64,000 nt of DNA from Candidatus Eiseniibacteriota bacterium (GCA_963762255.1 CAVXKA010000001.1:480001-544000); one strand, 5' to 3'. Shown: positions 16,446 through 29,623, counted from the stretch's first letter. The notes: generated from the sequence alone by a model not told the origin. Numbers and translations are program-made.

Positions 16446-18254
16446 CTACGATCGGCCCGGCTCCGACCCCGCCTCTTCGGCGTAAAGCGCCTCGATCCGT
16501 GCGGCGTACTTCTGCACCACCTGCTTCCGCTTCACCTTGAGGGTTGGAGTCAGCTCTCCAGCCTCCAGCGTCAGCTCGTTATCGAGGATGTGAAACCTTC
16601 GGATCTTCTCGTAGGGCGCCGCGTCCGTCTGATGACGCTCGATACGCCGGCGCATCAGATCCAGAACCCGTGGGTGGCGCACCAGCTCGGCTAGCGACAT
16701 CTTGCCCAGGTTCTTGACCACCCGGTAGCTCTCGATGTTGGCGAAGTTGGGAACGATGAGCGCCACGAGATACGGGCGTCGATCCCCGATCACCACCGCC
16801 TCGGCGATGAACTTGTCGGTCTTGAGCGCGTTCTCGATCGGCTGCGGCGCCACGTTCTTTCCACCCGCAGTGACGATGAGATCCTTCTTGCGGTCGGTGA
16901 TGACGAGGAACCCGTCGGCGTCCAGATGCCCGATGTCCCCCGTGTGCAGCCAGCCGTCCTGGAGCGTCTCGGCGGTCGCCTCCGGCATGTTGTAGTAGCC
17001 CTTCATGATGTTGGGGCCGCGGGCAAGGATCTCCCCGTCCTCGGCGATGCGAATCTCTACGCCGGGGACCGGCTTGCCCACCGTGCCGAGCCGGATGTCC
17101 TTGAAGGTATTGATCGCCAGCACGGGCGAACTCTCGGTGAGGCCGTATCCTTCCAGCACAATCAGCCCCGCCGCGTAGAAGAACTCGGCGATGTCGGGGG
17201 CCAGGGGCGCACCGCCGGACACGAAGAACCGCAGGCGGCCTCCCGTCCGCGCGCGCAGCTTGGCGAAGACGAGATGGTCGGCGATGCGGAACCGCAACGC
17301 GAGCCAACCGCCGACCGGCTTTCCGGCGAGCAGGCACCGGGCCCGCGCGAGCCCCACCGAGCGCGCCCAGAAGAAGATGCCCTTCTTGATCGGTCCGCCC
17401 TTGGTGGCGGCGTCGAAGATGCGCGCGTAGATTTTCTCGTAGAGCCTTGGCACGCTCACCATCACCGTGGGATGCACGTCGCGAAGATCGTCCGACACCG
17501 TGTCCACCGAACCGGCGTAGGCGATGGTGGCCCCCACGAACCACATGCAGTAGAGACCGGCCATGCGCTCCAGGATGTGACTCAACGGCAGGAACGACAG
17601 GGCGGTGTCCCGTTCGCCGAGGTCGAAGATCTGGAGCGCGGCGAGCACGTTGGACACGATGTTGGCGTGGGTGAGCATCACGCCTTTGGGTGGGCCGGTA
17701 GTGCCGCTCGTGTAGATGAGCGTAGCCAGATCGTCCGGTTTCACGTCCGCCGCTCGACGACGATAGAGATCGGGCTCCGCCTCGCCGAGCGCTCTGCCTC
17801 GGGCCCGAAGTTCCTCCAACCCCATCCCGCCCGTCACGCTGGTGGCGTCGTCGAACACGAATACCGGAAAACTATGCCTCTGCTGGCGGAAGCGTCCGAG
17901 CTTGGCCGCCTGCTCCGTGCCCGAGACGAAGATCGCCCGCGCACCGGAATCCTTGAGGACGTACTCGACGACCGACTCGGTCAGGGTGGGATAGATGGGA
18001 ACGGATGCGAGGCCGGCGCTGAGAATGGCCAGGTCGGCCTCGGCCCATTCCAGACGTGTCTCGGCGAGGATGGCGACGCGATCGCCCGGCGCCATCCCGA
18101 GCGAGACGAGGCCCAGGGCCATCTCCCGCCCCGCGTCGGCGAACGTGGACGTGGAGACGTCTTCATAGACGCCGGCCACCCGGCGGCGAAACGCCCCTCG
18201 GGTGTGTTTCTCCATGCCTTGGAAGTAGAGGTCGTTGAGGGTCTTGGGCGACAT
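16446..18254 (-). CDS. fadD: Long-chain fatty acid-CoA ligase
   Basis: IYTSGTTGPPKG AMP-binding motif, EGYGLTE, GWLHTGDIG, ITDRKKDLI. Confidence 0.92.
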   Translation of the reverse strand: MSPKTLNDLYFQGMEKHTRGAFRRRVAGVYEDVSTSTFADAGREMALGLVSLGMAPGDRVAILAETRLEWAEADLAILSAGLASVPIYPTLTESVVEYVLKDSGARAIFVSGTEQAAKLGRFRQQRHSFPVFVFDDATSVTGGMGLEELRARGRALGEAEPDLYRRRAADVKPDDLATLIYTSGTTGPPKGVMLTHANIVSNVLAALQIFDLGERDTALSFLPLSHILERMAGLYCMWFVGATIAYAGSVDTVSDDLRDVHPTVMVSVPRLYEKIYARIFDAATKGGPIKKGIFFWARSVGLARARCLLAGKPVGGWLALRFRIADHLVFAKLRARTGGRLRFFVSGGAPLAPDIAEFFYAAGLIVLEGYGLTESSPVLAINTFKDIRLGTVGKPVPGVEIRIAEDGEILARGPNIMKGYYNMPEATAETLQDGWLHTGDIGHLDADGFLVITDRKKDLIVTAGGKNVAPQPIENALKTDKFIAEAVVIGDRRPYLVALIVPNFANIESYRVVKNLGKMSLAELVRHPRVLDLMRRRIERHQTDAAPYEKIRRFHILDNELTLEAGELTPTLKVKRKQVVQKYAARIEALYAEEAGSEPGRS

Positions 18255-18420
18255 GCTGCGTCCTCCACGGAGACGACCTCGGAAGCGGGCGAAAGTAGGT
18301 GAGACATAGCACCGGGGGGAGGGGGGGTCAAGCCATGACCGCGGGGGAAAGCAAGGAGCCGCGCCGGTAACCCGGCGCGGCTCTCAGGGGCCACAGGCCC
18401 AAACTAGAAGATAGTTCTTG

Positions 18421-18825
18421 TCAGCTAGCCAGTTTCGGCAGACTCGCGGTGTCGGTCTGGCCGAGCATCGCGTTGATGCGGTCGACCAGCTTGCGCGGGC
18501 TGAAGGGCTTGGTGATGTAGTCGTCCGCCCCCACGTCGTAGCCCGTTTGCATGTCGACATTGCGCCCCTTGGCCGAGAGCAGGATCACCGGGATGTGCCG
18601 GGTGCCCTCCCCCGCCTTCAGGGTTCTGCACGTCTCGTAACCGTCCATCTTGGGCATCATGATGTCCAGCACGATGAGGTCCGGCTTGCACTCCTGCACC
18701 TTGCGCAGGGCCTCCTCGCCGTCGAGGGCCGTGACGACCTCATAGCCTTCCATGCCCAGACTAAAGTCCAGGATGTGCACGATGTAGATCTCGTCGTCCA
18801 CAACCAGGATGCGTCCACGAGACAT
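18421..18825 (-). CDS. Single-domain response regulator
   Basis: ILVVDDE..LDIMMP..LSA..KPF receiver motifs. Confidence 0.92.
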   Translation of the reverse strand: MSRGRILVVDDEIYIVHILDFSLGMEGYEVVTALDGEEALRKVQECKPDLIVLDIMMPKMDGYETCRTLKAGEGTRHIPVILLSAKGRNVDMQTGYDVGADDYITKPFSPRKLVDRINAMLGQTDTASLPKLAS

Positions 18826-19029
18826 CGGTACTCACCTCCTAAGCGCCCGCAACCGGGGACCGCTCGCGGCCCCCGCCCCCTCGGGCGAGCCCCGCCAGCC
18901 TGTTTGGCGGCGGGAAATCGGCGCTAGCCCCCGACCCATGTTCGGGGTGTCTGACTCTGGTATCGGTGCGCCCGGGCCAGACTTTACGTTTTTCCCGAAG
19001 GAGGGGAATCCCCCCCAGCGGGCCCCGTC

Positions 19030-19995
19030 TCAGCCGTCCGAGCCGGTCCGGTAGATCTGCGTCGAACTCTGCCGGCGCTCCCGGACCACCACGCTCCCGG
19101 GCCTCTGCTTCCCCACGTGCTTCAACTCGGCCACCACGTCGTTCAGCATCGCCACATGCTCGATCTGGTAGCGGTCCGACTCCACGAGCGCGATGGTCAC
19201 GCTGACGATCGGAAACTGCTCCAGCTTGTTCTGCCGGTTCGCGATCTCCACGTACCCCTGGGCGCGCTCGGCCGGCCGGTAGTACTCCGGGATCTGCGCG
19301 TCGAACCGCTCGATGATCGCCCCGGCGACCTCGTCCGCGCGGTCGGGGGTCGTGATCAACACAAAATCGTCGCCGCCCACATGCCCCACAAAGTCGCGCG
19401 GGTTGCCCTTCTGCTCCACGGTCTCGGACAACACGCGGGCCATGAGCTTGATCACCTCATCGCCGGCACGGTAGCTGTAGTAGTCGTTGTAGGCCTTGAA
19501 GTGGTCGATGTCCACGTAGAGGAACGCGAACACCCGTCCTTCCTTCAAGAGAGCCTCGACCTCGGCCTCGATCGCCGGGTTCCCGGGAAGTCCGGTGAGC
19601 GGGTTGCTGTGCCGCTGGGCCTGGCTCCACCCGATCAGGTTCTTGACCCTGAGCAGCATTTCTTTTCGCTCGTAGGGCTTGGTCAGATAGTCGTTCGCGC
19701 CGTCATCCAGACCCTCCAGCTTCGAGTCGATGGTGGCGTTGGCGGTCAGGAAGATGACCGGGAGATGCTGGAGCCTTCGGTCGGCGCGAATGGCTCGGCA
19801 GACTGCGCGCCCGTCCAGGTTCGGCATCATCATGTCGAGAAGCACGAGATCGGGTACGTCGCGCTCGAGAAGTTCGAGCGCAGCCACGCCGTCAACGGCC
19901 TCGAGGGTCTTGTACCCCGCGGCTTCCAGTTGAAACGTGAGGATGCGGCGGATGCTGGGGTCGTCCTCGACCACCAACACGCGATCCTGGCTCAT
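19030..19995 (-). CDS. Response regulator-diguanylate cyclase (REC-GGDEF)
   Basis: Receiver domain, NPLTGLPG, DIDHFKAYND, HVGGDDF. Confidence 0.9.
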   Translation of the reverse strand: MSQDRVLVVEDDPSIRRILTFQLEAAGYKTLEAVDGVAALELLERDVPDLVLLDMMMPNLDGRAVCRAIRADRRLQHLPVIFLTANATIDSKLEGLDDGANDYLTKPYERKEMLLRVKNLIGWSQAQRHSNPLTGLPGNPAIEAEVEALLKEGRVFAFLYVDIDHFKAYNDYYSYRAGDEVIKLMARVLSETVEQKGNPRDFVGHVGGDDFVLITTPDRADEVAGAIIERFDAQIPEYYRPAERAQGYVEIANRQNKLEQFPIVSVTIALVESDRYQIEHVAMLNDVVAELKHVGKQRPGSVVVRERRQSSTQIYRTGSDG

Positions 19996-20134
19996 GGCCC
20001 TGTTATCGGTTGTTCAGCCGGGGACTGTAGGGGATTCTGGCGGGGGCCCTGACGCTATCCGATTGTAGGGAATTGCGTTACAGCTAAGACTTTGGAGATC
20101 CTTGGGATGCGGGTTTGGAAACCCGACCGGCCGC

Positions 20135-21181
<1,047 letters not shown>

Positions 21182-21266
21182 GCGAGGAGTCTACCAGCCC
21201 TCCCCTTGTCGGTCCCGTGAGGAACCGGTAACGTACACGGTCCGGTGTCGACGATCAGGGGGGATC

Positions 21267-21908
21267 ATGCACGAGACGGTCAACCGAATCCGCAAACGCA
21301 TCCGTGACGACGCGCCTCAAGAGGACTTCGCCAGCCTCTTCTCGCAGCGGTTGCAGGAGAACGGGGTGAGCCGAGCGCTCGCCGAGCCCCTCTCCGCCCA
21401 GATGGCCCTCCTCTACCAGGAGGCCTTTCGCTGGCTGCGCGCGGTCGACAAGTACGCTCGACCCGCCGAGGATTCGGACCCGGCTCCGCTCTTGCGCCAG
21501 ATCCAGTTCACGAGCCGCCGCCTCGCGACGGTCCTCGACGGCGCCGTTCCATTCCTGGAGCGCGCCGAGGACAACCTGAGCGAGAACAAGGAGATCACGC
21601 ACCGCGAGAGCGGGTACGAGCGTGAGGTGGCCCCGTTCTCCCGCGTGGACAGCACCGAGGACATCCGCGCGCGTTTCGCGGCGACCCCGGGGTTCGCCCT
21701 CGCCTCCGCCGCCGAGGGCGCGCAGATCACCGCCGATCTCCTCAAGGTGATCTACATCGAAAAGCGGGTGCGCGACGGGATCCCCAAGCCGGCCGATCTC
21801 TATGCGCTGGTGGTCGAGGTGATCCTGGACGGACGCCGCCACGTGGCGCCGGGCCTCGCCGAGGGCTCCGAATTCATGAAGGCGCTCAAGACAGCTGTGG
21901 AGAGCTGA
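21267..21908 (+). CDS. Hypothetical alpha-helical protein
   Basis: ATG 21267 after a G-rich RBS-like run; host-like codon usage; fills the tsaD-atpC gap. Confidence 0.65.
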   Translation: MHETVNRIRKRIRDDAPQEDFASLFSQRLQENGVSRALAEPLSAQMALLYQEAFRWLRAVDKYARPAEDSDPAPLLRQIQFTSRRLATVLDGAVPFLERAEDNLSENKEITHRESGYEREVAPFSRVDSTEDIRARFAATPGFALASAAEGAQITADLLKVIYIEKRVRDGIPKPADLYALVVEVILDGRRHVAPGLAEGSEFMKALKTAVES

Positions 21909-21969
21909 GACGGCTGTCGAGAGCTGAGGGTCGCCGCGCCCGCCGGAAATCTAGCGCGCGCCCATGGGC

Positions 21970-22393
21970 CTAGCGCGCCGACAGGTCGTCGCGGCGCGCC
22001 TTGAGGCGATTCAGCGCCCGGCGCAGGGCGGCCTCGGCGCGATCCACGTCGATGTCCGTGCTGCGCTTCTCCAGCCACTCCCGCGCCCTTCGCGCCGCGG
22101 CCTCCGCGCGGTTCGACGTCGATGTCCTCGGGGCGCTCCAACGCATCGGCCAGGATCGTCACCGTGTTGTGGTTCACCTCGAGAAACCCGCCCGAGACGA
22201 CGTAGACCGTCGCGTTGCCGCCGAGATCCTTCACCGTGAGCTTGCCCGGCATGAGTTGGGTCACGAGCGGCGCGTGATCGCGCAGCACGCCAAGGTACCC
22301 CTCGGATCCCGGGGCGACGATGGAGAGCACCTGCTGGTCCAGCACCGCCTTCTCTTGCGTGAACACGGTGAGGCGGAAGCCCTTGTCGGCCAT
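21970..22393 (-). CDS. atpC: ATP synthase epsilon subunit (+1 frameshift near 22112, probably an error)
   Basis: PGSEGYLGVLRDHAPL, VSGGFLEV; after removing one base it continues RAEAAARRAREWLEK..RAEAALRRALNRL to TAG 21970. Confidence 0.9.
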
Positions 22394-22395
22394 GA

Positions 22396-23871
<1,476 letters not shown>

Positions 23872-23928
23872 TCACGTTGCCGGCGGCATGGGCGCCGCCG
23901 GATCCACGCCGGCCGCTTGCGCGGGGCG

Positions 23929-24780
23929 CTATTTCAGCGCTTCCGCGCCTCCGACGATCTCCGCGATTTCCTTGGTGATGGCGGCCTGACGCGCGCGGTT
24001 CCGCACCAGGGTGAGCTTGTCGATCATCTCTACCGCATTGGTCGACGCAGAGCCCATGGCCACCATCCGGGAGCCGTGCTCGGAGGCGGAGGCCTCGAGC
24101 AAGGCCATCAACATGCGGTTGGCCACGTAGCGGGGCAAGAGCGCCGCGAAGATGTGCTCCGCGTCGGGCTCGAAGATGGGATTCTGAAGTTCGGCCTTCC
24201 CCGCCGGCGGCTCGATAGGCAGGAACGTCTCCTGGGTCAGCGAGCGCGACACCGCGGAGATGAACCGCGTGCCGAGGAGGTGAATCTCGTCCACCTCGCC
24301 GTTCAGGAAGAACCCGACGATCTCCCGGCTCATGGCCTGCGCCTTGGGCATGTCCACCGGGTCTCCGATCTCCTGATAGTGCTTCAGGATCGGATAGCTC
24401 CGCCGCCGGAAGTAGTCGCCCCCCTTGCGGCCGATCGTGATGAGAACCGTACGCGCGCCCTCCTCCGATTTCATGTGCGCCTCGGCGCGGCGGATCACAT
24501 TGGCGTTGTACGACCCGGCGAGCCCCTTGTCGCTGGTGACGACCACCAGAGCACGCCGCGCCACCGCGCGCTTCTCGAAGAGCGGGTGATCCAGTTCGGC
24601 GGCCGCCGCGGCCAGGTTCTCCAGCATCTCCCTCATCTTGCGGCCGTACGGGCGCGCGGCATCAAGACGGCCCTGCGCGCGGCGCAGCTTGGCCGCCGAG
24701 ACCATTTCCATGGCCTTGGTGATCTGCTGGGTATTCTGGACGCTGCGGATACGGCGCCGGATGTCTGCGAGAGTGGCCAT
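23929..24780 (-). CDS. atpG: ATP synthase gamma subunit
   Basis: QITKAMEMVSAAK, RQAAITKEIAEIVGGA. Confidence 0.97.
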   Translation of the reverse strand: MATLADIRRRIRSVQNTQQITKAMEMVSAAKLRRAQGRLDAARPYGRKMREMLENLAAAAAELDHPLFEKRAVARRALVVVTSDKGLAGSYNANVIRRAEAHMKSEEGARTVLITIGRKGGDYFRRRSYPILKHYQEIGDPVDMPKAQAMSREIVGFFLNGEVDEIHLLGTRFISAVSRSLTQETFLPIEPPAGKAELQNPIFEPDAEHIFAALLPRYVANRMLMALLEASASEHGSRMVAMGSASTNAVEMIDKLTLVRNRARQAAITKEIAEIVGGAEALK

Positions 24781-24783
24781 GCG

Positions 24784-26307
24784 TTATGCCTTGAAGCTCG
24801 TCTTGAATTCCTTGAGCGCTGCGTGGAGCTTGTCCTGGACGTCCTTGGCCAAGTCGCCGGTAGCGGCGATCGCATGCGGGATGTCCGGGTACTGCGTGTG
24901 CACGAACTCGCGGAACTCCGTTTCGAACCGTTTCGCCGCGGAAGTGGGGATGTCGTCGAGATATCCCTTCCCGGCGGCGAAGATGATGATGATCTGATCT
25001 TCGAGGGGCTGCGGCACGTACTGATCCTGCTTCAGGACCTCGACCATGCGCTCGCCGCGGCGAAGCTGGGCCTGAGTGGACTTGTCGAGGTCGGAGCCGA
25101 ACTGGGCGAACGCGGCCAATTCGCGGTACTGCGCGAGGTCGAGCCGTAGCGACTTCGCCACCACGCGCATGGCCTTCGTCTGCGCGTTGCCGCCGACGCG
25201 ACTCACCGAGATGCCCACGTTCACCGCCGGCCGCACGCCGGAGTAGAAGAGGTCGCTCTCCAGGTAGATCTGCCCGTCGGTGATGGAGATCACGTTGGTC
25301 GGAATGTAGGCCGACACGTCGCCGGCCTGCGTTTCGATGATGGGAAGCGCGGTCAGCGAACCTCCCCCGTTCGCGTCCGAAAGCTTGGCCGCGCGCTCGA
25401 GGAGCCGCGAGTGCAGGTAGAACACGTCCCCGGGGTACGCCTCGCGTCCCGGAGGGCGGCGCAGGAGGAGCGAGAGCTGCCGGTAGGCTGCGGCGTGCTT
25501 GGAAAGGTCGTCGTAGACGACCAGCACATCCTTGCCGCTGGCCATCAACTCTTCGCCGATGGAGACCCCGGCGTAGGGCGCGATGTACTGAAGGGGGGCG
25601 GGGTCGGATGCGCCCGCCACCACCACCGTCGTGTACTCCATCGCGCCATGCTGTTCGAGGACGGCCACCACCTTGGCCACCGTGGATTCCTTCTGGCCGA
25701 TGGCGACGTAGATGCAATAGAGAGGATCGCCGGCCTTGTTGGTTTCGCGCTGGTTGATGATCGTATCGATGGCGAGCGCGGTCTTGCCGGTCTGCCGGTC
25801 GCCGATGATCAACTCGCGTTGGCCGCGGCCGATGGGGATCATCGAGTCGATGGCCTTGATCCCGGTCTGCACCGGCTCCTTCACCGGCTGCCGGTCGATG
25901 ACGCCGGGGGCCCGTCCTTCCAGCACGCGGAACTTGCTGGTGACGATGGGCCCCTTCCCGTCGAGCGGCTTGCCGAGGGGATCGACCACGCGGCCGATCA
26001 GCGCATCGCCCACCGGAACCTGGGCCACCTTGCCGGTGCAGCGCACGATGTCGCCTTCCTTGATCCCGGTGTCGGGGCCGAAGAGCACCGCGCCCACGTT
26101 GTCCTCTTCGAGGTTCAGCACCATGCCGATCACGCCCCCGGTGAACTCCAGCAGTTCCCCGGCCATGGCGTCTTCCAGGCCCCACACGAGGGCGATTCCG
26201 TCGCCCACCTGGAGCACCGCGCCCCGGCTCTCCATCTCGAGCTGGGTCGTGTACTTCCTCAGCTCCTTCTGGATGATGGCGCTGACTTCTTCAGGTCGAA
26301 ATGACAT
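24784..26307 (-). CDS. atpA: ATP synthase alpha subunit
   Basis: [30 protein letters not shown]. Confidence 0.98.
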   Translation of the reverse strand: MSFRPEEVSAIIQKELRKYTTQLEMESRGAVLQVGDGIALVWGLEDAMAGELLEFTGGVIGMVLNLEEDNVGAVLFGPDTGIKEGDIVRCTGKVAQVPVGDALIGRVVDPLGKPLDGKGPIVTSKFRVLEGRAPGVIDRQPVKEPVQTGIKAIDSMIPIGRGQRELIIGDRQTGKTALAIDTIINQRETNKAGDPLYCIYVAIGQKESTVAKVVAVLEQHGAMEYTTVVVAGASDPAPLQYIAPYAGVSIGEELMASGKDVLVVYDDLSKHAAAYRQLSLLLRRPPGREAYPGDVFYLHSRLLERAAKLSDANGGGSLTALPIIETQAGDVSAYIPTNVISITDGQIYLESDLFYSGVRPAVNVGISVSRVGGNAQTKAMRVVAKSLRLDLAQYRELAAFAQFGSDLDKSTQAQLRRGERMVEVLKQDQYVPQPLEDQIIIIFAAGKGYLDDIPTSAAKRFETEFREFVHTQYPDIPHAIAATGDLAKDVQDKLHAALKEFKTSFKA

Positions 26308-26352
26308 CGTGACTCCTCGAACCGGCGGCGACCCGCCGCGATTCCTCTCGGC

Positions 26353-26902
26353 CTAACCTACGTCGACACGGAGCAACCGGTCGCCGAGCTCTTTGAGCCC
26401 GCGGCGCAAGCTGCGATCTATGACTTTCTTGCCCATGTGAACGATGACCCCGCCGAGCACCGACGGATCCACGCGCTTCTCCAGCCGCACGTCCTTCCCG
26501 GTGAGGCGGTCCAGCTCCTGCTTGAGCCGCGCCTCCTGGGTGGCGTCCAACGCCACCGCGGAGAGGACGTTCGGCCCGCACGAGGCCCTGGTGCTCCTCG
26601 TAGAGTTGCTGCACGTCGCGACAGATCTCGGTCAGGTGCGCGATCCGTTTCTTGTCCATGAGCAAGAGCAGGAAGTTCACGGTGAGCGGATCCGCCCAGG
26701 GCCCGATAACGGTGCGGATGAACTCCTCCTTGCCGTCGGTGAGCACCTCCGGCGTGAGCAGGAAGTTCAGGAACGCGGGGTCCTGCCGGTTGAGGGCGAG
26801 CACGTTGGCCAGATCCCCGGCCACGCGCGGGAGCTTGTTCTCTTCGAGGGCGGCCCCGAAGATCGCGCGCGCGTAGCGGTGGGAGATGGTCGTGGTGAGC
26901 AT
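26353..26902 (-). CDS. atpH: ATP synthase delta subunit (+1 frameshift near 26570, probably an error)
   Basis: N-half RYARAIF..NFLLLLMDKKR joins C-half VDPSVLGGVIV..IDRS after removing one base. Confidence 0.9.
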
Positions 26903-26905
26903 GGC

Positions 26906-27406
26906 CTAGGCCTTCTCCTTCGCCTGCAGCTCGTCCAGGAAACGTTCCACGAGCTTGTGGTGCTCGGGTGCGTCCATGCGCTCCTGGAGCAGCCGCTCGG
27001 CTGCGCTCAACGACATGGTCACCATCTCTTCGCGCAGCTCGGCGCGGGCCTTCTTGTACTCCATCTCCAGGTCGGCCGTGGCCTTCTCGGTGATGACGCG
27101 CGCCTCCCGGTGCGCGTTGGCCCGAATCTCCTCGGCCACCTTCTGCCCTTCGGCGACGGCGGCCTGGATCCGCTGGCGGGCCTGCGCCTCGATGCCCTTG
27201 AGCTGCTCTTCGTACTCCGCCCTGATCCGTTCGGCTTCATGGCGGAGTTTCTCCGCCGAGGCCACATCGTTGGCGATGCGGGCGCGGCGTTCCTCCAGAA
27301 GACCGAGCACCGGCTTCCATGCGTAACGCTTCAGCACCCAGAGGACGATCAGGAAACCGATGATCTGGGTGACGAGGACTTTGGGATCTATGAGCTCCAT
27401 GACCAT
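26906..27406 (-). CDS. atpF: ATP synthase subunit b
   Basis: N-terminal TM, AWKPVLGLLEERR, coiled coil. Confidence 0.95.
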   Translation of the reverse strand: MVMELIDPKVLVTQIIGFLIVLWVLKRYAWKPVLGLLEERRARIANDVASAEKLRHEAERIRAEYEEQLKGIEAQARQRIQAAVAEGQKVAEEIRANAHREARVITEKATADLEMEYKKARAELREEMVTMSLSAAERLLQERMDAPEHHKLVERFLDELQAKEKA

Positions 27407-27470
27407 CCTCAGGCGCCGGACCGGGCCGGCGCCGCGCGATGACGCGCCTTCGAGCCGGGGACGCCGCGGA

Positions 27471-27701
27471 CTACATCTTGTTCTGGAAGAAGAACAGCGA
27501 GACGAACACGTAGATCGTCAGGGCCTCGATGAACGCGGCGCCGATGATCATGGCGATCTGGATCTTGGCGATCGCCTCGGGCTGGCGGCCCATCGCCTCC
27601 ATGGCGCCGGACACGGCCTTACCGAGGCCGAACGCGGAGCCGAGAGCGGCGAGCCCCAGCGCAAGCGGGAGCGAGAGAGCGAGCAGGTTCACGTTTTCCA
27701 T
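27471..27701 (-). CDS. atpE: ATP synthase subunit c (H+-type)
   Basis: GRQPE loop; FIEAL carboxylate without the Na+-type Q..EST signature. Confidence 0.96.
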   Translation of the reverse strand: MENVNLLALSLPLALGLAALGSAFGLGKAVSGAMEAMGRQPEAIAKIQIAMIIGAAFIEALTIYVFVSLFFFQNKM

Positions 27702-27733
27702 CGTCTTGTCCTCCGACTCGAGATCACGGTTGC

Positions 27734-28855
27734 TTAGTGGTTCGGAACGGGATGACCCACGTCTCCCTCGTGCTTGTCCTCATGCTCGTGGTGAGGAAGA
27801 ACGAGGGCCATGTAGATCGTGCTGAGCAGCATGAAGACCAGCGCCTGGATGAGCGTGGTCAGCATGGCAAGGAAGATGAACGGGATGTGCAGGGGGAACC
27901 CGATGGGCAGATGGGTGAACGCGAGGATGGACACCCCGAGGCCGAGGAAGACCGCGATCAGCGTCTCCTCACCCATCATATTCCCGAAGAGTCGCAACGA
28001 GAGGCTGACCGGCTTGGCCAGCTCGCCCACGATGTGAAGCGGGAGCATGAGCGGCGTCATCGCCCAGCCCACCGGATCGCGCGGGTCCCCCGCCATGTGG
28101 CGCAGGTAGCCCACGATGCCACTGCGGCGGATCCCCTCGAACTGCACGTAGACGAACACCACCAGGGCCAGCGCGGCGGTGGTGCTCAAGATTGAAGTCG
28201 GCGTGAACATGAGCGGCACCAGTCCGAACACGTTCTGCGCGTAGATGTAGAGGAAAAGCGTGCCGAAGAACGGGACATAGCGGCCCTCCTCCGGTCCGAG
28301 AACGCCCTTGATGAAGTTGTCGAGGCCCTCGATCACCATCTCCACCAGGTTCTGGAGCTTACCCGGCATGAGCTGCATGGCGCGGGCCCCGCTGATGCAG
28401 ACCGTGCAGAGGAGGATGATGACGAAGAGGCTGAAGATGGGGGCCTGGAAGGTGACCAGGGTGCGGGCCGTCGGGCTCAAGTAGGCTTCGGTTGCGTGGG
28501 GGGTGCCGAGCGCGTCGCGTTCGGCCGGGCTCAGGTGCTTGTTGCGGTGGGCGTTCTCGATGATGTTGGCGGCCAGGGTCACCAGCGTGGGCGGATGAAC
28601 GGTGCCGCCTTCGTGCTCGGCGGGCGCATGCGCCGGCCCGTGCGCGGCGGGCGTCTCGTGAGATTCCGCCGTCTCCTGAACGACCGCGGGTTGATCCTCC
28701 TCGGCAAGAAGCAGAGGAGCTCCGAACATCAGAGCCACTCCGAGCACGAGCGCAGAGATCAGGAACGCGGGAGACGCGCTCACCGCTTTCCAGCGGCGGC
28801 GTGCGGCATCCATCCGCGAGGCCTCGTTGCGTGCTTCCATGATCTTCGCGTTCAC
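27734..28855 (-). CDS. atpB: ATP synthase subunit a with long N-terminal extension
   Basis: KPVSLSLRLFGNM, IQALVFMLL; GTG 28855 overlaps the atpI stop (ATG 28840 is an alternative). Confidence 0.93.
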   Translation of the reverse strand: MNAKIMEARNEASRMDAARRRWKAVSASPAFLISALVLGVALMFGAPLLLAEEDQPAVVQETAESHETPAAHGPAHAPAEHEGGTVHPPTLVTLAANIIENAHRNKHLSPAERDALGTPHATEAYLSPTARTLVTFQAPIFSLFVIILLCTVCISGARAMQLMPGKLQNLVEMVIEGLDNFIKGVLGPEEGRYVPFFGTLFLYIYAQNVFGLVPLMFTPTSILSTTAALALVVFVYVQFEGIRRSGIVGYLRHMAGDPRDPVGWAMTPLMLPLHIVGELAKPVSLSLRLFGNMMGEETLIAVFLGLGVSILAFTHLPIGFPLHIPFIFLAMLTTLIQALVFMLLSTIYMALVLPHHEHEDKHEGDVGHPVPNH

Positions 28856-29289
28856 TCCGCGGGCCCCGATCGCCTCGACGCCGAGTCGTCGCCGGCGCCG
28901 GCCTTCGGCCACCAGATGGCCCCCAGCGAGCGCAACAGCACAACCGCGAGAGGCCAGGTGAATCCCGCCATCACTGCGATAGGCGGGAACCATTGTTGAA
29001 AGAGAACCCAAGCGCCGAGTCCGTAGAGGCCCACGACCTTGAGCGCCGCCCACCCCGCCACTCGCCCTTTGTGAATCCCTTCGCGGCTGGTGATCTCCCG
29101 CAAGAGAGCGGCGAGAACCGCGAAGTTGGCCAAGCTCCACAGCATCGCTGCGGTGAAGCCGGCGCCGGAACGCCATCCCCACGTCCACGCAACCCACAGT
29201 CCGATCAGAACCCCGGTGACAAGAGCAACGAGGCCCGTGCGGACAAGAAAGTTGGGCCCGCTTGTGCGTTCTTTCACAATCGATGTCAA
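28852..29289 (-). CDS. atpI: ATP synthase protein I (membrane)
   Basis: About 4 TM helices, immediately upstream of atpB. Confidence 0.7.
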   Translation of the reverse strand: MTSIVKERTSGPNFLVRTGLVALVTGVLIGLWVAWTWGWRSGAGFTAAMLWSLANFAVLAALLREITSREGIHKGRVAGWAALKVVGLYGLGAWVLFQQWFPPIAVMAGFTWPLAVVLLRSLGAIWWPKAGAGDDSASRRSGPAE

Positions 29290-29303
29290 GAAAAGGCCGC
29301 CCG

Positions 29304-29552
29304 CTAGTCCCTGGACACCTTGCGCAGGATCAGGACCGTCTCACGCACTCCCGCCGCAAACCCGATCGCCAGCATGACGAACGAGAACCAGGGCTCGGTG
29401 TGGAGCCGGCCGTCGATCCAGCGGCCGAGGTAGTACCCGACCAATGGTGACGCGGCCAGGAGCATCGGGATCGTGGTTAGCAACCCGAGCTGTCTGGCAA
29501 GCTGGTGTTTTTCGGATGGTTGGCCGCTGGGCGGCCCGTTCCTGGGAGGCAT
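29304..29552 (-). CDS. AtpZ/AtpI-family (ATPase gene 1) protein
   Basis: GYYLGRWID..TEPW..LAIGFAAG two-TM pattern; first gene of the operon. Confidence 0.85.
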   Translation of the reverse strand: MPPRNGPPSGQPSEKHQLARQLGLLTTIPMLLAASPLVGYYLGRWIDGRLHTEPWFSFVMLAIGFAAGVRETVLILRKVSRD

Positions 29553-29594
29553 GTTCTCCCGGGGCTGAAGAGCCCCGCGGTTGGCCGAGCGCGC

Positions 29595-29623
29595 AATCTA
29601 GCCGAGAGGGAAAAGCGAGTCAA
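29595..29623 (-). promoter_or_regulatory. Sigma70-type promoter of the atp operon
   Basis: Minus strand TTGACT-N17-TAGATT about 40 bp upstream of the first gene. Confidence 0.65.

Noticed and set aside
27471-27701. Na+-translocating ATP synthase
   Set aside because: Subunit c has FIEAL and lacks the Gln and Ser/Thr ligands of Na+-binding c subunits
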